Shown here: positions 9,084 through 18,039 of the stretch, in pieces
Position numbering within the stretch: position 1 is the first letter of the stretch
Layout of the letters: each line of letters opens with the position of its first letter
Source of the DNA: a virus
DNA length: 64,000 nt
IMG/VR virus record: IMGVR_UViG_3300029092_000103
Reading direction: 5' to 3' (one strand)
The notes under the pieces: generated by a model
What the model saw: the letters and a program-made list of their open reading frames with translations, nothing else
Told to the model about the DNA's origin: nothing
The model's database searches: none
Made by a program: the position numbers and the translations under genes

Positions 9084-10143
9084 GATCATCACCTGTGAAC
9101 AGGTCAGCAATGGCCATCCAGATAAGATCTGTGACCAGATCGCAGATGCCATCGTGACCGACATTCTCCAGCATGACAGGAACGCCCGTGTGGCGATCGA
9201 GTGTCTGCTGAAAAAGAGCCAGCTCTTTATTGCCGGCGAAGTCACCACCGATTATCGGCCAAACTATCAGCAGATCGTTCACGATGTGTTCAACCGCATC
9301 GGTACCGAAAAGTTGGGGTGGAATCTGACCGAGCTTCTTCGCATCGGCATTCTGGTGGACAAGCAGTCGCCGGATATTGCGCTTGGTGTGGACAAGGGCG
9401 GTGCCGGTGATCAGGGAATTATGTATGGCTACGCCACCAACGAGACGGCAGAGCAGATGCCGATCCCGTACATGGTCGCCACCAAGTTCCTGCAGCTGTT
9501 GAAGGACCATCCGTCTAAGATGTTCCGGGCAGATGCCAAGGCGCAGGTCAGCTACGATTACGACACCGGTCGTATCACCACCTTCCTCTGCTCCGTGCAG
9601 CACAGCCCGGATGTGGAGGTCAGCGACTTCCGGCACATCATCGAATCCATGATGGTGCTTGCCGCCTGCGAGTATGGACTGGACGGTGATTTCACGAAGC
9701 TGGTCAATCCGACCGGTCGTTTTGTGCTGGGTGGCAGTTACGCTGACTGTGGTGTGACTGGTCGGAAGCTGGCGTGCGATACCTACGGCGGCATTGGTCG
9801 CATGGGTGGCGGTGCTCTGAGCGGTAAAGACCCCACCAAGGTGGACCGCTCTGCAGCATACATGGCGAGGAAGATTGCCAAGGACATTGTGCAGGCGGGC
9901 TACGCTGACAAGTGCGAAGTCCAGCTGGCTTACGCCATCGGCGTGGTGCAGCCGGTCGGTGTGTCGGTGGAGTGCTTCGGTACGGAGCATCAGTCCCTTG
10001 ACTTCATCGAAGCCTACGTCCATGACAGCTATGACCTGACCCCGCAGGGTATCATCAAGCGGCTGGGACTGCTGGATGTAGATTACAACAAGGTCAGTGC
10101 TTACGGTCACTTTGGTAAGGCTGGTCTTCCGTGGGAGGACTGA
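9076..10143 (+). CDS. metK: S-adenosylmethionine synthetase (methionine adenosyltransferase), phage-encoded
   Basis: Canonical MetK motifs are present: GHPDKICDQIADAI, GAGDQGIMYGYA, DTYGG...GGGALSGKDPTKVDRSAAY. ATG 9076 lies 9 nt after GGAGG. Confidence 0.9.
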   Translation: MSKIITCEQVSNGHPDKICDQIADAIVTDILQHDRNARVAIECLLKKSQLFIAGEVTTDYRPNYQQIVHDVFNRIGTEKLGWNLTELLRIGILVDKQSPDIALGVDKGGAGDQGIMYGYATNETAEQMPIPYMVATKFLQLLKDHPSKMFRADAKAQVSYDYDTGRITTFLCSVQHSPDVEVSDFRHIIESMMVLAACEYGLDGDFTKLVNPTGRFVLGGSYADCGVTGRKLACDTYGGIGRMGGGALSGKDPTKVDRSAAYMARKIAKDIVQAGYADKCEVQLAYAIGVVQPVGVSVECFGTEHQSLDFIEAYVHDSYDLTPQGIIKRLGLLDVDYNKVSAYGHFGKAGLPWED

Positions 10144-10146
10144 CCC

Positions 10147-10506
10147 ATGCCGTACAGACCAAAGACACCGTGCCGTCATCCCGGCTGCCCGGAGCTGGTG
10201 GAACCCGGCCGGCTTTACTGTGAGAAGCACCTGCCTCTCCACCCAGAGGTCATTCGCCCGGCGGCGAAGCGTGGATACAACAGGCGGTGGCAGAAAGCCA
10301 GAAAGTCGTATCTCGAAGCACATCCGCTCTGTGTGCAGTGTGCCAAGCAGGGCAAGTATGTCCGGGCAACGGTGGTGGATCACATCATTCCGCACCGTGG
10401 TGACCAGAAACTTTTCTGGGACCAGAACAACTGGCAGCCACTCTGTAAGAGCTGCCACGATAAGAAGACGCTGACAGAGGACATCAACCCGACCTACACC
10501 TACTGA
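10147..10506 (+). CDS. HNH endonuclease
   Basis: Cys pairs plus a His/Asn core (CVQCAKQG...VDHIIPHRGD...NWQPLCKSCHDKK). Confidence 0.8.
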   Translation: MPYRPKTPCRHPGCPELVEPGRLYCEKHLPLHPEVIRPAAKRGYNRRWQKARKSYLEAHPLCVQCAKQGKYVRATVVDHIIPHRGDQKLFWDQNNWQPLCKSCHDKKTLTEDINPTYTY

Positions 10507-10906
10507 CACCCCCGCCGGGGCCGGGGTCACTTCTCTACAGTGAAGTCACACGGAGACCGGTGCGCCCTTTTCTGTGAAAAACCGCAAAATTCATAGGCCG
10601 GGGGTCAGAGGAATAACGGCGCAAAATGAAACAGGAAAATGTACAGGCATCGGAGCTTCGGTTCCGGTGCCATTCTTTTTCCCCGAAATGAACCAAAGTG
10701 TGTGAAACCTCTCGTAAACAGGGAGCTTTCGCACATTTTAGCTTGTTCCGGGAGGAGCAGGGGCGAGCGGGAATCGGCCGCCGCAACAACGATCCAACCT
10801 GGCGGGGCAGTGCCGATTTCCACTTCGCCGCTTTTCGTATGAATTATGAGATTTTTCTAAGAAACCGCCGAAGAAACGGCGAAAAATGAGAGTGAGGTGA
10901 GGGCAG

Positions 10907-11227
10907 ATGGAAGATTACACGGCTGAGATGATCAGGGACATGGCTTTTTCTTTCTGCCCTCAGTGCGGTACGGCAATCGTACCAAATCATAAAGGCAGAC
11001 CCCGGAAGTTCTGCTCTCCGGAATGCCGGTCACGGTGGAACAACACCCATCCAAAGCCGGAGAACTGGAAGACCGTGCGGTCGAAGATCTGCCCGGTGTG
11101 CGGCGGGGAGTTTTCCTACCGGCACCAGTATGGTCTGGAACGGAAATATTGCAGCCGTGCCTGTGCAAACAAAGGACGCTGGAAGGAGGGCGATGCAAAT
11201 GGAAGAACCGCTGAACATAGAACGTGA
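10907..11227 (+). CDS. Zn-ribbon repeat protein, hypothetical (two copies of CPxCG...RKFCSxxCR)
   Basis: FCPQCGTA...GRPRKFCSPECRSRW and ICPVCGGE...ERKYCSRACANKGRW. Confidence 0.55.
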   Translation: MEDYTAEMIRDMAFSFCPQCGTAIVPNHKGRPRKFCSPECRSRWNNTHPKPENWKTVRSKICPVCGGEFSYRHQYGLERKYCSRACANKGRWKEGDANGRTAEHRT

Positions 11228-11693
11228 TGTGGTAAAGAACGGTGTCCGGCTGGACTGTGTGTTTGAGGGCTATGAGTACCGCCCGGAGAGAGAAGAAGTC
11301 CGAAGCCAGCGGCTTGCCGGGTTTGAGTGTTCAGAGATCGCAGAAGACACAGGGTTTTCTTTGGAACAGGTCACGGATTACTGCCGGGAACTGGGGTTGC
11401 CGGAAACAGGGAGCTGCCAGTTACAGCCGCCGGATGGGTCGGGGGAACGGCGCTGCCCGGTGTGCGGACGGATTCTCGTGCAGAGAGGGAACAGTGGTCG
11501 GAGACGGTTCTGTTCTCCTGATTGCCGGGAGGAATATTACAGGCAGCATAAGTCTTTCCGGATCGCGGTCTGTAAAAACTGTGGAAGGGAGTTCCATGCC
11601 GTAGATGAAGGAAAACGGCAGCGGAAGTTCTGCAGTCTGAATTGTTATTGGGATTATCGATACGGGATGAAGGGAGTGGATGAGGATGAGTAA
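11193..11693 (+). CDS. Zn-ribbon repeat protein, hypothetical (two more copies of the same CxxC...RKFCSxxC module)
   Basis: RCPVCGRI...GRRRFCSPDCREEYY and VCKNCGRE...QRKFCSLNCYWDY. GGAGGG precedes ATG 11193. Confidence 0.55.
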   Translation: MQMEEPLNIERDVVKNGVRLDCVFEGYEYRPEREEVRSQRLAGFECSEIAEDTGFSLEQVTDYCRELGLPETGSCQLQPPDGSGERRCPVCGRILVQRGNSGRRRFCSPDCREEYYRQHKSFRIAVCKNCGREFHAVDEGKRQRKFCSLNCYWDYRYGMKGVDEDE

Positions 11694-11904
11694 GATTATC
11701 GTTGTGTTTCCGATGTTCAACACCGGGGGTATCTGTGTACATGCGATTGACGATGCGGAAGATAAGGTGCTGGCATCTGTGAACGGGGAAAACCCGGAAT
11801 GGTGCGAGATGGCTGAACAGCCGCAGGAAGATGGCGAGGAGATGGAGTCGGGCTTTGTGTTCGGCTCCTTTTTCGTGCCGTTCTCCGGGGTCATGCGCGT
11901 GTGA
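11680..11904 (+). CDS. Hypothetical small protein (74 aa)
   Basis: ORF overlapping the stop of the previous gene. Weak RBS. Confidence 0.3.
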   Translation: MRMSKIIVVFPMFNTGGICVHAIDDAEDKVLASVNGENPEWCEMAEQPQEDGEEMESGFVFGSFFVPFSGVMRV

Positions 11905-11926
11905 ATCTGAACGAGGAGGAGCTTAC

Positions 11927-13195
11927 ATGAAAGCAACCGCTGAACTGAAAATGCTGCCGGTTTCCGTACTCAAGCCGGCCGCATACAATCCCCGGAAAAA
12001 GCTGAAGCCGGGGGACAAGGAGTACGAAAAAATCAAGAACTCCATTACGGAGTTCGGGTTCGCTGATCCGCTGGTGGTCAATGCCGATATGACGATCATC
12101 GGCGGCCACCAGCGTCTGACCGTTGCGATGGAGCTGGGCTACACTGAAGTGCCTTGTGCGGTGGTGGACATCGACAAGACCAGAGAGAAAGCCCTGAACA
12201 TTGCGCTCAATAAGATCACGGGTGCATGGGATGATTCCCTGCTGGCTGACCTGTTGAAAGATATCGAAGATTCCAACTTCGACCTTGGCAAGACGGGCTT
12301 TGACCCGCCTGAGATCGAGACGCTGTTCAACAAGGTACACAGCAAAGAAGTCAAGGAAGATGACTTCGATGTGGAATCCGAGCTAAAGCAGCCATGCTTC
12401 TCCAAAGAGGGCGACCTCTGGCATCTGGGAAAGCACAGCGTTCTGTGCGGCGATTCCACCAAAGCAGAATGCTACGACACCTTGATGGATGGCACCAAAG
12501 CCAACCTTGTGCTTTCGGACCCGCCTTACAATGTAGACGTGGAAGAAACGGCCGGCAAGATCCTGAACGACAACATGGGCGATTCGGAATTCTACCAGTT
12601 CCTGCTGGCAGCGTTTCAGCAGATGCACGAGCATCTGGCCGATGACGGCTCTATCTACATTTTCCATGCAGACACCGAGGGGCTGAACTTCCGAAAGGCA
12701 TTCAAGGATGCAGGGTTCTACCTGTCCGGGTGCTGTATCTGGAAGAAGAATGCTCTGGTGCTGGGCCGCAGTCCTTACCAGTGGCAGCACGAGCCGTGCC
12801 TCTACGGTTGGAAACAGAAGGGCAAGCACCAGTGGTATTCCGACCGGAAGCAGACGACTATTTGGGAGTATGACCGGCCGAAGTCCAACAAGGACCATCC
12901 GACCATGAAGCCCATCGGCCTGATGAGTTATCCCATCCGCAACTCGACCATGACCAACGGCATCGTTCTCGACCCGTTCCTCGGCAGCGGCTCGACGCTG
13001 ATTGCCTGTGAGAAAACCGACCGTGTGTGCCGGGGTATTGAGCTGGACCCGAAGTTCGTGGATGTTATCGTGAAGCGGTACATCGAACACAGCGAGGGTC
13101 ACTACGATGATGTGTATGTTATCCGGGATGGTCAGAAGCTGAAGTTCGAGGAAGTAGCAACCTTTGAGCCGGAAAGCGAGGACGCCGATGCCTGA
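11927..13195 (+). CDS. ParB-like nuclease N-terminal domain fused to a DNA methyltransferase (pfam01555-type N6A/N4C; DPPY motif)
   Basis: N-terminal ParB-like core (GGHQRL, PLVVNADMTIIGGHQR). Motif IV VLSDPPYN. C-terminal FxGSGST-like region (LDPFLGSGSTLIA). GAGGAGGA RBS precedes ATG 11927. Confidence 0.85.
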   Translation: MKATAELKMLPVSVLKPAAYNPRKKLKPGDKEYEKIKNSITEFGFADPLVVNADMTIIGGHQRLTVAMELGYTEVPCAVVDIDKTREKALNIALNKITGAWDDSLLADLLKDIEDSNFDLGKTGFDPPEIETLFNKVHSKEVKEDDFDVESELKQPCFSKEGDLWHLGKHSVLCGDSTKAECYDTLMDGTKANLVLSDPPYNVDVEETAGKILNDNMGDSEFYQFLLAAFQQMHEHLADDGSIYIFHADTEGLNFRKAFKDAGFYLSGCCIWKKNALVLGRSPYQWQHEPCLYGWKQKGKHQWYSDRKQTTIWEYDRPKSNKDHPTMKPIGLMSYPIRNSTMTNGIVLDPFLGSGSTLIACEKTDRVCRGIELDPKFVDVIVKRYIEHSEGHYDDVYVIRDGQKLKFEEVATFEPESEDADA

Positions 13196-13961
13196 TGTGA
13201 AATGCGTTCTCATCCATGACAACTTCCAGAACTTCAAGTCCTACAACATCCCCAAGGCGCAGCTGGTGATTGCAGACATTCCGTACAACATCGGTACGGA
13301 TTTCTACGCCAGCCGGCCGGACTGGTATGTAGATGGCGACAACAAAAATGGGGAGAGCAGTAAGGCGAGGAAGGCAGCGTTCAATACCGACTTCACTTTC
13401 AATATCGCAGAGTATTTCCACTTCTGCAACCGCCTGCTGAAGAAAGAACCCGGCACGGGTGAAAAAGATGCGCCGTGCATGATCGTGTTCTGTGCGTTCC
13501 AGCAGATCCCGAAAGTAATCACCGAAGCCGAGAAATACGGCTTCAAGAATTATATCCCTCTGGTGTTCTGCAAGAACTACAGTCCGCAGGTGCTCAAAGC
13601 CAATATGAAGATCGTGGGCGCAACGGAGTACGCGCTGGTGCTGTACCGGGGCAAGCTCCCGAAGTTCCGCAATCTCGGTGAGGACGGTAAGTCCCACATG
13701 ATCTTCAACTGGTTTGACTGGAAGAGAGATGGGAAGGAGTATCCGAAGATCCATCCCTCCCAGAAACCAATCTCCGTGATGAAGCGCCTGATCGAGACTT
13801 TCACTGACCCCGGCGATGTGGTCATTGACCCGTGCGCTGGTAGCGGCTCGACCCTTCGTGCAGCACGAGAGCTGGGGCGCAACAGCTATGGATTTGAAGT
13901 ATCCAGAGATTTTTACCAGAAAGCCAAGGAGCAGATGCTCGGAGAGGAGGATGGCGGATGA
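13188..13961 (+). CDS. DNA methyltransferase, beta-class N6-adenine/N4-cytosine (D-I-P-Y variant)
   Basis: Motif IV IADIPYN precedes motif I VIDPCAGSGSTLRAA. RBS AGGA lies 7 nt upstream of ATG 13188, which overlaps the stop of the previous gene. The ORF track's TTG at 13164 is an alternative start. Confidence 0.8.
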   Translation: MPDVKCVLIHDNFQNFKSYNIPKAQLVIADIPYNIGTDFYASRPDWYVDGDNKNGESSKARKAAFNTDFTFNIAEYFHFCNRLLKKEPGTGEKDAPCMIVFCAFQQIPKVITEAEKYGFKNYIPLVFCKNYSPQVLKANMKIVGATEYALVLYRGKLPKFRNLGEDGKSHMIFNWFDWKRDGKEYPKIHPSQKPISVMKRLIETFTDPGDVVIDPCAGSGSTLRAARELGRNSYGFEVSRDFYQKAKEQMLGEEDGG

Positions 13962-16354
13962 ACACAGAACAGAATAAGCCTTTGACCCTCGGCAGCCTCT
14001 TCGATGGCTCCGGGGGTTTTCCTTTGGGCGGTCTTTTGACCGGGCAGATCACTTCGCTGTGGAGCAGTGAAATCGAGCCGTTTGCCATCCGGGTCACGAC
14101 CAAGCGTCTGCCGTGGGTGAAGCATTACGGTGATGTGTCTGCTATCAGCGGTGCAGACCTGCCGCCCGTGGACATCATCACTTTTGGTTCACCCTGTCAG
14201 GATATGTCCATCGCCGGTAAGAGGGACGGTCTGGATGGTTCACGGTCCAGCCTGTTTTACGAAGCAATCCGAATCGTGAAGGAAATGAGGTGTAAGACCA
14301 ATGGAGAAAAACCAAGATTTATCGTCTGGGAGAATGTGCCAGGGGCCTTCTCCTCAAACAAAGGACAGGACTTCAAAGCAGTCCTCGAAGCCGTCATCGG
14401 TGTTAAAGAACCGGCCGCCACGGTGCCTGCGCCTGAGAAGAAAGGATGGCCCGACGCCGATTACTATGTGGGAGACGGATGGAGCGTCGCGTATCGAGTT
14501 CTTGATGCACAATGGTGGGGCGTTCCCCAAAGAAGAAAACGCATCTACCTTGTCGCAGATTTTGCAGACCAGAGTGCCCCAAAGGTACTATTTGAGTCCG
14601 AAGGCATGTCTCGGTATTCTGCGGAGGGCTTCCGTGCGTGGCAAAGAGCTGCCGCCGGTGCTGAAGGCAGCATTGGAGAGACAGGCTGCTGTGGATTCGA
14701 CGGATACAACGGATGCCTGACAGGAAATGTATCCTCGACCATCGGTGAAAACTGCGGGATGTCTACAGGCCGAAATAGTGTGGTGGTCCTGAACGACCAG
14801 GGCGGCACACAGATGGATGTTTCCGAAGATGTGACCGGGACCCTCCGGACGCAGGAGCATGGGCATCAGCCTTGTGTTCTGGAAGCAGCCGGCTTCTGTA
14901 CCGAGCATTCGGCAAATGCCAGAAGCATCGGGTATGAGGAAGAACGGTCGCCAACCCTCCGGGCTAGGGTCGTGCCTGCCGCCATCGCATTGGAAAATCA
15001 TCCAGCGGATAGCCGAGTGAAGATTTCCGAGGATGGCAAGGTGCAGACACTGACAAGTCGGTGTGGGACAGGAGGCGGCAATGTCCCAATGGTCATGGAT
15101 ACAGTTGAGAACTCCCCGGCAGTCACATTGAAGATCCGTTCTGGGTGTGAGGGCGGCGGCAAGGGAGCCATCTGGCAGGAAGAAAAGTCTGCTACTCTTG
15201 GCTGTAACAATGACCAGACGCTATTCGTTCCCAAGTGCTATGGTGTCTGCTCGAAAGCCAGCCATTCCATGATGTCCGACAATCCGCACAGTGGATTCTA
15301 TGAAGCCGAAACTTCCCGGACGCTGGACCGCAGCGGCGGTGACCCGACGTGCAATCAAGGTGGGCTGTGTATCTGTGAACCTGTTGTCTGCGTGGATCAG
15401 GGCGGTGGTAAGTCGAACTGCACAGTGGATGAACGGGTGGCACCACCCCTTGCCTGTACCCACGGTGGCGCACCGGCTGTTGCCTTTACCCAGAACCAGC
15501 GGGATGAAGTCCGGAATCTAGGGGATAAGTCAGCGGCACTAGCAGCAGAGCCGGGGATGAAGCAGCAGACCTTTGTGGCACAGCCGGAAGATGTGACGGC
15601 TTTCCATGTAAACCAGCGCAATGAGCTGATCGACCTGCATGGTAAGTCCGGTGCGCTTATGGCAACCCGGAGCGACCAGATGCAGACCTTCGTCCTGCAG
15701 GGCAACATGATCGGCCGCAAGGACGAGAATGGTCCGCAGGGAGATGGCGTCAATGAGGATGTATGCTTTACCTTGGATGCGACAGACCGACACGCAGTCT
15801 GCACACCGGAAGATGTGTATGCCATGACCACCGGCTCCTTTATGAGAATAGAGGAAAATGTATCTCCGACCCTGATGGCAAGGGATTACAAAGACCCGGC
15901 CACCATCGCACCGGTGCCGCATCTGAACGAGGGTGTTATGGGAACGGTGGCAACCGGAGCACATCCAAGCGGTTTTAACGGGCAGGACGCTTTTAATGAC
16001 CGGCTGGTCATTGACAACCCGGAAGTACAGCCTGCACCTGTGACCTACACCGTCCGCCGCCTGACACCGACAGAGTGTGCCAGACTGCAAGGCTTCCCAG
16101 ACTGGTGGTGCAGAAACCTTGGAACGGAAAATCCGACTGAGGAGGAGCTTGCATTCTGGGCAGATGTGTTTGAAACGCACCGTAAGATCGTGACACACGC
16201 GAAAAAGCCGAAGACGGAGAAGCAGATCCGTAAATGGCTCACTGACCCTTATACGGATTCGGCGGAATACCGTATCTGGGGCAACGGCATTTGCTTGGCA
16301 AACGCATTTTTTGTTCTGGCCGGCATCGCATGGTGCGCAGGACTGGAAGAATAA
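13958..16354 (+). CDS. DNA (cytosine-5)-methyltransferase, unusually large (798 aa), with a variable region of about 450 aa suggesting several target-recognition domains
   Basis: Motif I LFDGSGG, motif IV GSPCQDMS, motif VI FIVWENV, and C-terminal motifs RRLTPTECARLQGFPDWW. A long region from about 14600 to 16000 lacks conserved motifs. Confidence 0.85.
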   Translation: MNTEQNKPLTLGSLFDGSGGFPLGGLLTGQITSLWSSEIEPFAIRVTTKRLPWVKHYGDVSAISGADLPPVDIITFGSPCQDMSIAGKRDGLDGSRSSLFYEAIRIVKEMRCKTNGEKPRFIVWENVPGAFSSNKGQDFKAVLEAVIGVKEPAATVPAPEKKGWPDADYYVGDGWSVAYRVLDAQWWGVPQRRKRIYLVADFADQSAPKVLFESEGMSRYSAEGFRAWQRAAAGAEGSIGETGCCGFDGYNGCLTGNVSSTIGENCGMSTGRNSVVVLNDQGGTQMDVSEDVTGTLRTQEHGHQPCVLEAAGFCTEHSANARSIGYEEERSPTLRARVVPAAIALENHPADSRVKISEDGKVQTLTSRCGTGGGNVPMVMDTVENSPAVTLKIRSGCEGGGKGAIWQEEKSATLGCNNDQTLFVPKCYGVCSKASHSMMSDNPHSGFYEAETSRTLDRSGGDPTCNQGGLCICEPVVCVDQGGGKSNCTVDERVAPPLACTHGGAPAVAFTQNQRDEVRNLGDKSAALAAEPGMKQQTFVAQPEDVTAFHVNQRNELIDLHGKSGALMATRSDQMQTFVLQGNMIGRKDENGPQGDGVNEDVCFTLDATDRHAVCTPEDVYAMTTGSFMRIEENVSPTLMARDYKDPATIAPVPHLNEGVMGTVATGAHPSGFNGQDAFNDRLVIDNPEVQPAPVTYTVRRLTPTECARLQGFPDWWCRNLGTENPTEEELAFWADVFETHRKIVTHAKKPKTEKQIRKWLTDPYTDSAEYRIWGNGICLANAFFVLAGIAWCAGLEE

Positions 16355-16418
16355 ACTGGCCCGCTATATTACTAGGTAGGACAACTACCCGATGATATGG
16401 TGGGCTTACATATTGGTT

Positions 16419-16458
16419 CCATTTACACAACAGGTTTTGCAGTCCATTGTGTAAATGG
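16419..16458. repeat. Perfect 12-bp inverted repeat (CCATTTACACAA ... TTGTGTAAATGG) with a 16-nt loop; candidate operator or processing site
   Basis: Read directly from the sequence. It lies in the intergenic region between the C5-MTase gene and the acidic-protein gene, with no T-run after it. Confidence 0.5.
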
Positions 16459-16581
16459 TCGAACATGAAGAATATCGGAAAATGGCCTTGCTATTTGCTC
16501 GGTTTAGAGCGATATATGTGCTACCGAAAAGAACATCGGGATGCACAAAAACAAAAGAACAAGCAAAAGGAGCGATGAATT

Positions 16582-17808
16582 ATGTTGAAATTTGAACTGA
16601 ACGTAGCCGAGCGCAAGACCCTCGCAAAACGCATGGAGGACCTGACGGGCATCCACCCTTACTACACCAAAGCACCGCTGTACTCCTACGACATCGGCAA
16701 CTACACCATCGACCGGGATGGCAACCTGCTGGTCGAACCGGAGAATGCGGATGCCGAACTGCTGACGACCCTGCTGAATGAGGGTTTGATCCGCGGCGGT
16801 GAGAGCATCGAGGATGCGGATGCACAGAACCAGCCGGAGAACACAGAGCTGACTGTGGATGAGGAGCCTGTGACCGAAGCGGAAGCAGAGGAAGTGGAAG
16901 CCGAAGAAGCAGAACAGCAGACCGATGCAGAGCAGGAGATTCTGGATGAGCAGGAAGCCGATGATGTGGATACCACAGAACCGGAGGAGTCTTCGGAAAC
17001 CGAAGCCGGGGAAGCACAGGAATCGGATGATATGGCAGCGGATGGTACAGCAGAGGATGCGCCGGAAGAAGAGCCGGAGAATGAAGAACCGCAGGAAGCA
17101 GAAGATCAGACGGATGAAGTTCCTCTGGATTTGGAGCTTTCCTTCCCGGTCAGCCAGCACAACGGCGTGACTCTCCGCAACCTGGTCAACCTTCTCTACA
17201 GCCGCGGTAAGCTCATCGGAAAAGCGACTGGCGGACACTTCCATGTGGATGAAGGGCTGGTCGAAAAGCTGAAGGATGACAGCTGCACCTTTGCCATTAT
17301 GAACTTCATCAATGCGGTCAGCAATTATGAAGCCGAGCATGGTGTGGCACTGGAAGGTCTGAGAATTACCACCGAAAAGGTCACCTTTACCGGCTTCCCG
17401 ACTGCACCGGACCACGATCACCTGACGGCTTTCGCACAGCTGGCCGTCCTGATGAACCAGCAGGCCATCAGCCAGAAGCGCATCCAGGCAAAGGCTGTCA
17501 ATGATGAGAATGAGAAGTACGCACTCCGCACTTGGCTCCTGCGGCTGGGCATGAACGGTCCGGACTTCAAGGAGACCCGTAAGATTCTCATGGAGAGACT
17601 TTCCGGTCATGCGGCTTTCCGCACGGATGAGGAAGCACAGAAGTTCCTTGCAAGGGAAAAGGCAAAGCGGGATGCCCTGAAAGCCGCGAAACAGGCGGTA
17701 CAGGAGGGCGGTTCCTCCGCTGGGGAAACGGTCGAGCAGGATGCAACCCAGCCGACACAGCCCGACTGTGGGGCAGACACGGCGCAGATGATGGAGGCGG
17801 GAGCGTAA
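16582..17808 (+). CDS. Hypothetical protein with a very acidic Asp/Glu-rich central region of about 120 aa
   Basis: RBS AAGGAG upstream. The segment at 16780-17150 is almost entirely E/D/T/A/Q. Confidence 0.6.
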   Translation: MLKFELNVAERKTLAKRMEDLTGIHPYYTKAPLYSYDIGNYTIDRDGNLLVEPENADAELLTTLLNEGLIRGGESIEDADAQNQPENTELTVDEEPVTEAEAEEVEAEEAEQQTDAEQEILDEQEADDVDTTEPEESSETEAGEAQESDDMAADGTAEDAPEEEPENEEPQEAEDQTDEVPLDLELSFPVSQHNGVTLRNLVNLLYSRGKLIGKATGGHFHVDEGLVEKLKDDSCTFAIMNFINAVSNYEAEHGVALEGLRITTEKVTFTGFPTAPDHDHLTAFAQLAVLMNQQAISQKRIQAKAVNDENEKYALRTWLLRLGMNGPDFKETRKILMERLSGHAAFRTDEEAQKFLAREKAKRDALKAAKQAVQEGGSSAGETVEQDATQPTQPDCGADTAQMMEAGA

Positions 17809-17864
17809 GCTCCCAAGCCCCAATGGGGGCCGGAAAATATGCGAGACCCTCTTCCATTGTACCG

Positions 17865-17893
17865 ATATTAACTCGATAAATGTACATTATCAA
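17865..17893 (-). promoter_or_regulatory. Sigma70-type promoter on the minus strand (TTGATA-N17-TAATAT), pointing antisense into the acidic-protein and MTase genes
   Basis: The reverse complement reads CCGCTTGATAatgtacatttatcgagtTAATAT. It shares the CCGCTTG flank of the forward promoter family. Confidence 0.4.
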
Positions 17894-17963
17894 GCGGATA
17901 AACCGCAGAAATGTACACGATCTTTCACCCTCATATTTGTCGAATATATGTTCTTTTATGGCC

Positions 17964-17994
17964 TTGATAAATGCGAGAAACAGCGGCATATATA
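17964..17994 (+). promoter_or_regulatory. Promoter-family copy P0 (TTGATA, with -10 atatat/TATACA) upstream of the GGCT-like gene
   Basis: TTTTATGGCCTTGATA matches the upstream box of P1. Confidence 0.35.
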
Positions 17995-18039
17995 CAGTGC
18001 CGCCAGACAAGAGCGGAAAAGAAAGGAGTGCGAAATTTT

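Noticed and set aside
8959-10530. 523-aa minus-strand ORF
   Set aside because: Antisense to the MetK gene, whose motifs are unambiguous. The translation is low-complexity.
14301-14720. 139-aa plus-strand ORF
   Set aside because: Alternative frame wholly inside the C5-methyltransferase gene.
16504-17823. 439-aa minus-strand ORF
   Set aside because: Antisense to the acidic-protein gene. The translation is Arg/Leu/Cys-rich junk. A minus-strand promoter copy does point this way, but no credible protein-coding signal was found.
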